Assembly (NCBI GenBank): GCA_036526055.1
Contig: DATCZF010000219.1
Span: 1 to 31,970, forward strand
Direction of reading: 5' to 3'
Source: Woeseiaceae bacterium
Lineage (GTDB): Bacteria > Pseudomonadota > Gammaproteobacteria > Steroidobacterales > Woeseiaceae
DNA: 31,970 nt
Below the pieces are notes generated by a model, which saw nothing but the letters and a program-made list of their open reading frames with translations, did not search any database and was not told the origin of the DNA. Positions 26,331 through 31,970 of the stretch are shown piece after piece. A program made the position numbers and the translations under genes. Positions within the stretch are counted from its first letter, which is position 1. Every line of letters begins with the position of its first letter.

Positions 26331-27134
26331 TCAGGTTTGCAGTCCTTCGGCAACCGTGATCGGGGCGCCGCGCTCTGAGCCCAGGCCTTCCGCTGCACTG
26401 CCTTCGGCTCTGGCGATTTCGAGGACGCCAAAAGAATTGATCAATGCAAGGTACTGGCCGGGCTCGACCCGGCCATAGGTTGTATGCAATTCGAATACAT
26501 GCCCGGCAAGGTGGGCGACCGGGTGCCTGAAGGCTTGCAGCAACGCACCGTCGATATTGCTGATCAGGTTGCCGAAGGCGTCCACCGTGACGATAACGCC
26601 GGCGACATGACCGTCCCGCACGTCCGGCGCATCCAGCCAGCCGGGTGTCCATTGTGAGGTTGGAACGCCGACGTCAGCCGGCGTGATTCTCCCTGACGCC
26701 AGTTCCGCGGCCAGTGGCGCAAAAATATCCCTGCCGTGAAACGTCGCACTGGGGTTGTGAATACCGAGCGTCGCGAGCCTGGCCATATCAACGGTGAAAA
26801 CCTTCGCACCCTCGACGCTCTCGATCAGCGGCGCCAGCAGCCCGTTGTCCGGCGCCAGGAACAGGTAGTCCGTCGTTGCCACGATGATGATGTCCCGATC
26901 CGTACCCACGCCGGGATCGACGACCGCAATATGTACCGTGCCGCGCGGAAAGTATTTATGTGCGCGTTGCAGCCAGAAGCCTGCCTCCGCCGGCCAGTGG
27001 GCCGGAATATCGTGAGCCAGGTCGACCACCCTCGCGTCCGGCAGCCGGCTGAGGATCACGCCCTTCATGACCGCGGAGAACGGGCCTTTGTGACCAAAAT
27101 CGGTGGTCAGCGTGATTACGCGCGAAGCGGCCAT
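26331..27134 (-). CDS. DUF62-family SAM hydrolase (SAM hydroxide adenosyltransferase / halogenase family)
   Basis: ITLTTDFG, VVDPGVGTDR, APDNGLL, ATFHGRDIFAP, VDAFGNLISN. The Asp-Arg-His triad of the hydrolase subgroup is intact. Confidence 0.88.
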   Translation of the reverse strand: MAASRVITLTTDFGHKGPFSAVMKGVILSRLPDARVVDLAHDIPAHWPAEAGFWLQRAHKYFPRGTVHIAVVDPGVGTDRDIIIVATTDYLFLAPDNGLLAPLIESVEGAKVFTVDMARLATLGIHNPSATFHGRDIFAPLAAELASGRITPADVGVPTSQWTPGWLDAPDVRDGHVAGVIVTVDAFGNLISNIDGALLQAFRHPVAHLAGHVFELHTTYGRVEPGQYLALINSFGVLEIARAEGSAAEGLGSERGAPITVAEGLQT

Positions 27135-27193
27135 GCAATTCTCCTCAGTGTCGTGTCAGTTCCCAGTTTAGCGGTGTCGAGGATTCTCGTCTT

Positions 27194-27946
27194 CTAATGC
27201 AGCGCCGGGCTTCCCGGCTGTGCCCGCTGGTAAAAATACTTGGCCCAGTATATGAACAGCGTGTCGATCATGGCGATGACGATCTTGAACACGTATTTCG
27301 CCGCTCCGAGCTTGAGCGCCGTAACCAGGTCGACCACGCCCCACCAGGCGACCAGCGAATAAATTGTCGTGTCAATCAATTGCGATGACATCGTTGAGAG
27401 GTTGTTGCGCAGCCACAGGAACCGCTCTCCGGTGCGTTGCCTGATCTTGTGAAACGCCCAGACGTCGAACGACTGGCTGACGTAATACGCCAGCAATGAG
27501 CCAAACACGAAGCGCGGCGTGAAATTGAGAATCGTCGCAAATGCGTTGTGAATGTTGTTCGAAAATTCGGTCGTGTCCGGGCTGGTGCTCGGCAGATAAA
27601 GCATCGCGATGCTCATCATCAACAGGATGATGACGCTGACTGCAAAGCCCATGCGCACGGCCTGGTTGGCCGCCTGTTTGCCATAGTTTTCACTGAGGAC
27701 GTCAGTTGCGAAAAAGATGCTGGAATAAAAAATTACGCCGAGGCTGGTCTGCACGCCGAAGATTTCGGTGAGCTTCGGCCCCTGCAGGTTGGCGAGAATG
27801 ATGGCAGTCGCAATGGCGACCTGCAGCCCGGCCTTGCCGAAAAACCGGTACATCAGCACCGTGCAGGCAAGATCCAGCATCAGTGTGCAGACCCAGAGTG
27901 CTTCCTGGTTGCTGCCAAAAAAACTTACGACGGATTCGGGAAACAT
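27194..27946 (-). CDS. yhhQ: Queuosine-precursor transporter (YhhQ/Vut_1, DUF165)
   Basis: Polytopic hydrophobic protein with ANLQGPK, FFATDVLSENYGK, SLLAYYVSQSFDV, WLRNNLSTMSSQLIDT, DTLFIY. Confidence 0.87.
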   Translation of the reverse strand: MFPESVVSFFGSNQEALWVCTLMLDLACTVLMYRFFGKAGLQVAIATAIILANLQGPKLTEIFGVQTSLGVIFYSSIFFATDVLSENYGKQAANQAVRMGFAVSVIILLMMSIAMLYLPSTSPDTTEFSNNIHNAFATILNFTPRFVFGSLLAYYVSQSFDVWAFHKIRQRTGERFLWLRNNLSTMSSQLIDTTIYSLVAWWGVVDLVTALKLGAAKYVFKIVIAMIDTLFIYWAKYFYQRAQPGSPALH

Positions 27947-27968
27947 CGGTAATCAACTGTCCTGCGCT

Positions 27969-27996
27969 AAAAAAATCGCCCGCAATGCGGGCGATT
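27969..27996 (-). terminator. Intrinsic terminator after the acyl-CoA dehydrogenase pair
   Basis: Minus strand AATCGCCCGC-ATT-GCGGGCGATT followed by a run of T (7 A at 27969-27975 on the plus strand). Confidence 0.8.
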
Positions 27997-28027
27997 ATTG
28001 TACTGGCTCAGCGCCGGTTTTGTCCGC

Positions 28028-29158
28028 TTAACTGGACTCGATGTAGCGGGTCAGGTGGAAGTCCGCGTTACCAAAAAGGATTTCTATTGCCGTCAGGCGC
28101 TTGAAATAGTGCGCGACGTCGACTTCCCAGGAGACTCCCATGCCGCCATGGATCTGCACGGCTTCCTGGCCGACTTTGCGACCGGACGTGCCAATGAGGT
28201 ACTTGAGCGCACTGATGGACCGGGCAGCATCCGCACCTCCCTCGCTGTTGACCATGGCAGCCCACAGCAGCAGCGAGCGCGTCTGTTCACAGGCCATCAA
28301 CATGTCGACCATGCGGTGCTGCAGGGCCTGGAAGCTACCGATGGGCACCCCGAACTGCACGCGGTTTTTCGCATATTCGAGCGTTCGGGAGAGCATCGCC
28401 TGCATGATTCCGGAGGCCTCCGCGCAAACGGCCAGGGTTGCCTCGTCAATCACCGACTGGATCGTCGCAAAGGCGTTGCCGGCTTCGCCAAGGCACGCAG
28501 TCGCTGGAACCAGGACGTCCTGCAGCGTAATTTCCGCGGCCTGGTGCCCGTCTACCATGGGGTAGGAGTGCCGTGAGACGCCTTGCGCTGCGGCATCCAC
28601 GACGAACAATGACAGGCCACTCTCGTCCTTTTGGTCGCCGCTGCTGCGCGCAACCACAATGATGAAATCCGCACGACCACCGTTAATGACCAGGGCTTTT
28701 TTGCCATTGAGCCGATAACCGTCATCGCTTTTCAGCGCAGTGGTTTTTACATCTGCGAGGACATGGCGGGATTGCGGCTCCGCAAAGGCGAAGGCCGCCT
28801 GGCGGCTGCCGTCGATGATCGGGCTCAGCCATTGTGTTTTTTGCTCCGCGTCAGCCACTCGACGCAAGACACCGCCGGCGAGAACAACGTTGGCCAGAAA
28901 CGGTTCGACAACCAGGCCGCGGCCAAATTGCTCCATCATCAGCATCAGTTCGATCGGACCGCCGCCAAAACCACCGTCTTCCTCCGCAAAGGGCACCGAG
29001 GTCCAGCCGAGTTCCGCAAACGTGCCCCACAGTTCGGCGCTATAGCCTGCTTCGCTCTCCGCGATTTTCTGTCGTTTCTCGAAGTCGTAATCGTTGTCGA
29101 TAAACCTGGAAACACTGTCCTGCAGCATTCCCTGTTCTTCTGTGAGCGCAAAATCCAT
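28028..29158 (-). CDS. Acyl-CoA dehydrogenase, PimD-like small partner subunit
   Basis: MDFALTEEQ, VVEPFLA, EYAKNRVQFGVPIGSFQALQHR, VQIHGGMG. The C-terminus LFGNADFH lacks the usual catalytic Glu. Confidence 0.88.
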   Translation of the reverse strand: MDFALTEEQGMLQDSVSRFIDNDYDFEKRQKIAESEAGYSAELWGTFAELGWTSVPFAEEDGGFGGGPIELMLMMEQFGRGLVVEPFLANVVLAGGVLRRVADAEQKTQWLSPIIDGSRQAAFAFAEPQSRHVLADVKTTALKSDDGYRLNGKKALVINGGRADFIIVVARSSGDQKDESGLSLFVVDAAAQGVSRHSYPMVDGHQAAEITLQDVLVPATACLGEAGNAFATIQSVIDEATLAVCAEASGIMQAMLSRTLEYAKNRVQFGVPIGSFQALQHRMVDMLMACEQTRSLLLWAAMVNSEGGADAARSISALKYLIGTSGRKVGQEAVQIHGGMGVSWEVDVAHYFKRLTAIEILFGNADFHLTRYIESS

Positions 29159-29183
29159 GATTCTCTTCCGCTTGAGTTAAGCC

Positions 29184-30386
29184 CTACAGGCCCAATACGT
29201 GTTTGGAAATAATGTTCTTCTGGATCTCGTTCGATCCCCCGTAAATTGACGCCTTGCGATTGTTGAAGTAACGCAGTGACGTACGGGTCTCGGTGCCAAA
29301 GCCGACCCTGTCGGCATCCGGGAAATCCAGCCGGTACTGACCGGGCACGTAGGGCAGGGCGTAATAGCCGGCGGCCTCCATGAACAACTCATCGATGGCC
29401 TGCTGCAGCTCGGTTCCCTTGATCTTCAGAATGGACGATTCCGGCCCCGGTGCCTTGCCGACGGCGACCGCTGCGAGCGTCCGCAACTCGGTGTACTCGA
29501 GCGCCTTCAGCTCGATCTCGACGGCGGCAAGTTTGCGGCTGAAGATCGGGTCGTCACGCAGCGGGTCTGCGCCGTGTATCGACTCTGACGTCTTTGCTTT
29601 CAGCCTGCCGAGGCGATATTTGGAGCCGGCCACGCCTGCGATATTGGTGCGTTCGTGCTGCAACAGCACCTTGCCGTAGGTCCAGCCCTTGCCTTCTTCG
29701 CCAACCAGGTTATCGGCAGGGACGCGCACGTCTTCGAAGTGCACTTCGTTGACTTCGCGCTCGCCCTCGATCGTGATGATCGGCCGCACGGTTACGCCGG
29801 GCGTCGCCATGTCCACCAGCAGAAAGCTGATGCCTTCCTGGCGCCGTTGCACGTCGCTGCTGGTGCGCACCAGGCAGAATATCCAGTCCGCCAGGTGGCC
29901 AAGCGTCGTCCAGGTCTTGGTGCCGTTTACTACGAAATGATCGCCGTCACGGTCGGCCCGCATTTTCAGTGAGGCAAGGTCCGATCCCGCGCCGGGTTCC
30001 GAGTAGCCCTGGCACCACCACACGTTGGACGCGAGAATGTCCGGCAGGAACCGTTGCTTTTGCTCCTCGCTGCCGAAGGTGTAGATAATCGGCCCCACCA
30101 TTTTCAAACCGAAGGGGATGATGGTGGGCGCGTTGGCGGCGGCGAATTCGGATTCAAAAATGTATTTCTGGACTGGCGTCCAGCCGGTGCCACCATATTC
30201 CACCGGCCAATTGACGGCGGCCCAGCCCTGTTCATAGACAATTTTCTGCCAGCGAATGATGTCCTCCCGGGACAAGGAGACGCCCTTGTCCTGTTTTTCA
30301 CGTATATCGGCGGGGTATTTCTCCTGGAAGAATTTTCTGACTTCGCTTTGGAATTCGAGCTCTGCAGCTGAGAAATTTACGTCCAT
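29184..30386 (-). CDS. Acyl-CoA dehydrogenase, PimC-like large subunit
   Basis: GWAAVNWPVEYGGTGW, WCQGYSEPGAGSDLASL, GTKTWTT, EVNEVHFEDVRVP, KASIYGGSNEIQKNII. Start ATG 30386. Confidence 0.92.
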   Translation of the reverse strand: MDVNFSAAELEFQSEVRKFFQEKYPADIREKQDKGVSLSREDIIRWQKIVYEQGWAAVNWPVEYGGTGWTPVQKYIFESEFAAANAPTIIPFGLKMVGPIIYTFGSEEQKQRFLPDILASNVWWCQGYSEPGAGSDLASLKMRADRDGDHFVVNGTKTWTTLGHLADWIFCLVRTSSDVQRRQEGISFLLVDMATPGVTVRPIITIEGEREVNEVHFEDVRVPADNLVGEEGKGWTYGKVLLQHERTNIAGVAGSKYRLGRLKAKTSESIHGADPLRDDPIFSRKLAAVEIELKALEYTELRTLAAVAVGKAPGPESSILKIKGTELQQAIDELFMEAAGYYALPYVPGQYRLDFPDADRVGFGTETRTSLRYFNNRKASIYGGSNEIQKNIISKHVLGL

Positions 30387-30644
30387 ACAATTTCGCCTTG
30401 TGTCTTCCTGAGCCAGCATCAATCGGCTTGGCTCGATAAAAATCCGTGGCTATGATTTCATGTGACCATGACGGGGGATGTGGATATTTTTCGCCGCCGT
30501 CCTTTGGGCTGGGTGATCACCTGAATCCTGCAATTGGCATCCAGTATAGCCATCCGTGCTGCAATGCACAATAGTTTGGGCAGTACCGTTTAACTATATG
30601 AAAAATAATAAAAAGTGTATTTTTTCCGGCGGCCGGAGAAGTCC

Positions 30645-31391
30645 GTGCTGATGCTGCCGGCCGTCTTTCTGGTCATCGCATTCATCTATGCCTCGGTCGG
30701 TTTCGGCGGCGGATCGAGCTACACGGCATTATTGATCGCCTCCGGCATGGATTACGTCCTGGTGCCCGTCATCGCCCTCGCGTGCAACCTGATCGTCGTG
30801 ACCGGTGGCGTCTACCATTACTGGCGCAGCGGTGTCATCGACTGGAAGTTTTCCCTGCCGCTCATCGCGGGCTCGGTACCGGCGGCCTTTCTCGGTGGCA
30901 TGCTGCCCGTGGCGCGCGAGCAATTCATCGTGCTGTTATCGTTGTCACTGCTCGTCGCCGGCGTCCTGTTGGTCATGGACCGGCAGTGGCCAGGCGGGCG
31001 CGATCCGCAGACGGCCGGCCGCGCTGGCGTGAAGCTGGCGCTCGGTATCCTGCTTGGCGGACTGGCCGGCGTCACCGGCATCGGTGGCGGCATATACCTG
31101 GCCCCGATACTGCACCTTGGCAAAATGGCGAGCGCCCGAACGGTTGCGGCAACCGCGTCGCTGTTCATCCTGGTCAATTCGCTGGCAGGACTGGGCGGCC
31201 AGCTGACCAAGCTCGGCGGAGTGGAATGGCCCGCAGCGAGCCACGCTCTATGGGCATTGCCGGCCGCCGTCCTCGTTGGCGGGCAACTGGGCAGCCGCCT
31301 GGGCGCTCACCGGCTGCCGGCGTCTCCCATTCGGCGCCTGACCGGAGTGGTAATACTCGTTGCGGTCGCTCGCTTGTGGTTATTGCCCTAG
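30645..31391 (+). CDS. Sulfite exporter TauE/SafE (TSUP) family permease
   Basis: YASVGFGGGSSY, GSVPAAFLGG, LAGVTGIGGGIYLAP, FILVNSLAGL, about 8 TM segments. GTG 30645 (GGAG 30635-30638) or ATG 30651. Confidence 0.88.
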   Translation: MLMLPAVFLVIAFIYASVGFGGGSSYTALLIASGMDYVLVPVIALACNLIVVTGGVYHYWRSGVIDWKFSLPLIAGSVPAAFLGGMLPVAREQFIVLLSLSLLVAGVLLVMDRQWPGGRDPQTAGRAGVKLALGILLGGLAGVTGIGGGIYLAPILHLGKMASARTVAATASLFILVNSLAGLGGQLTKLGGVEWPAASHALWALPAAVLVGGQLGSRLGAHRLPASPIRRLTGVVILVAVARLWLLP

Positions 31392-31445
31392 CACCGTAAT
31401 CTCCTAACCGCCCTGTTAACTGCCTGGATCAAGCGACAAGCCCTG

Positions 31446-31970
31446 ATGAGTAACACGACAGACCGGCCGGATGAGCCGCCGAATTTGAACACGGAAACGC
31501 CAGACGCCCTCGGCCGGCCGTTGCACGACCTGCGCATTTCGTTGCTTGATCGCTGCAATTTCCGCTGCCCGTACTGCATGCCGGAAACCGAGTTTCACGC
31601 GGATTACCAGTTTCTGACCAGGAAGCAGCGCCTGACCCACGCAGAAATTCTGCGCATCGCGCGCGTGGCCACGCGGCTTGGTGTGCGCAAATTAAGGCTC
31701 ACGGGCGGCGAACCGCTTCTTGATAAGAAAATTGTCGAGCTGGTCCGCGGGCTGAGCAAGTTGCCACGGGTTGAGGACCTGGCCCTGACCACTAACGGCA
31801 TGCTGCTCGAGCCCGTTGCTGCCGATCTGAAGGCCGCGGGATTGCACCGCATCACGGTCAGCCTGGAGAGCCTCGACGAGGATGTATTTCGTCGCTTGAG
31901 CGGTAATCGCGGCTCGCTGCAAAAAGTGCTAGCCGGAATCGACGCCGCCGCCGCTGCAGGGCTCGCACCG
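31446..31970 (+). CDS. moaA: GTP 3',8-cyclase (radical SAM, Moco biosynthesis), partial, runs off window
   Basis: Manual translation from ATG 31446: ...DALGRPLHDLRISLLDRCNFRCPYCMP (CxxxCxxC) ... KLRLTGGEPLL ... DLALTTNG ... RITVSLESLD. Not in the ORF track because it has no stop in the window. Confidence 0.95.
   Translation, partial: MSNTTDRPDEPPNLNTETPDALGRPLHDLRISLLDRCNFRCPYCMPETEFHADYQFLTRKQRLTHAEILRIARVATRLGVRKLRLTGGEPLLDKKIVELVRGLSKLPRVEDLALTTNGMLLEPVAADLKAAGLHRITVSLESLDEDVFRRLSGNRGSLQKVLAGIDAAAAAGLAP

Noticed and set aside
26331-27134. Possible fluorinase or chlorinase
   Set aside because: The Asp-Arg-His triad of the hydrolase subgroup is intact, the long fluorinase loop before APDNGLL is absent, and there is no natural-product cluster context.
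27947-28027. preQ1 riboswitch upstream of yhhQ
   Set aside because: No preQ1-I-like stem with the A-rich tail pattern is visible. The only structure is an ordinary terminator.
30560-30644. ModE box or Moco riboswitch upstream of TSUP-moaA
   Set aside because: TATAT is present but the second half-site does not match TATAT-N7-TAYAT. No Moco RNA-like fold is evident.

Overview
GC-rich bacterial chromosomal window, densely coding, with no mobile element, tRNA/rRNA or CRISPR array that I can see. The gene content suggests a gammaproteobacterium, possibly Woeseiaceae/Steroidobacterales-like (inference only). Left to right: the 5' tip of a divergent class-III aminotransferase-like gene; BetI-like TetR plus acyl-CoA dehydrogenase; maiA and a small Asp/Asn beta-hydroxylase-family oxygenase; a polyamine catabolic cluster (puuD, puuA-like glutamyl ligase, spuC, speB, puuR, puuB, bauA, mmsA); alpha/beta hydrolase coupled to metF; trxA; a molybdo-hydroxylase cluster coxG-coxS-coxM-xdhC with no large subunit; a second TetR; an 890-aa receiver/receiver/TM/helical-repeat/TonB_C fusion preceded by CRP-type sites; thrS, zur, glnS; a DUF62 SAM hydrolase; a yhhQ-type queuosine-precursor transporter; a pimC/pimD-like acyl-CoA dehydrogenase pair; a TauE/SafE permease; and the start of moaA. 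The best candidate for an undescribed system is the receiver-TonB_C trans-envelope protein with its CRP-type promoter. Next are the coxL-less cox cluster, the displaced Shine-Dalgarno of puuD, and an alphaproteobacterial-looking thrS divergent from zur. All calls come from reading motifs by eye; no searches were run.
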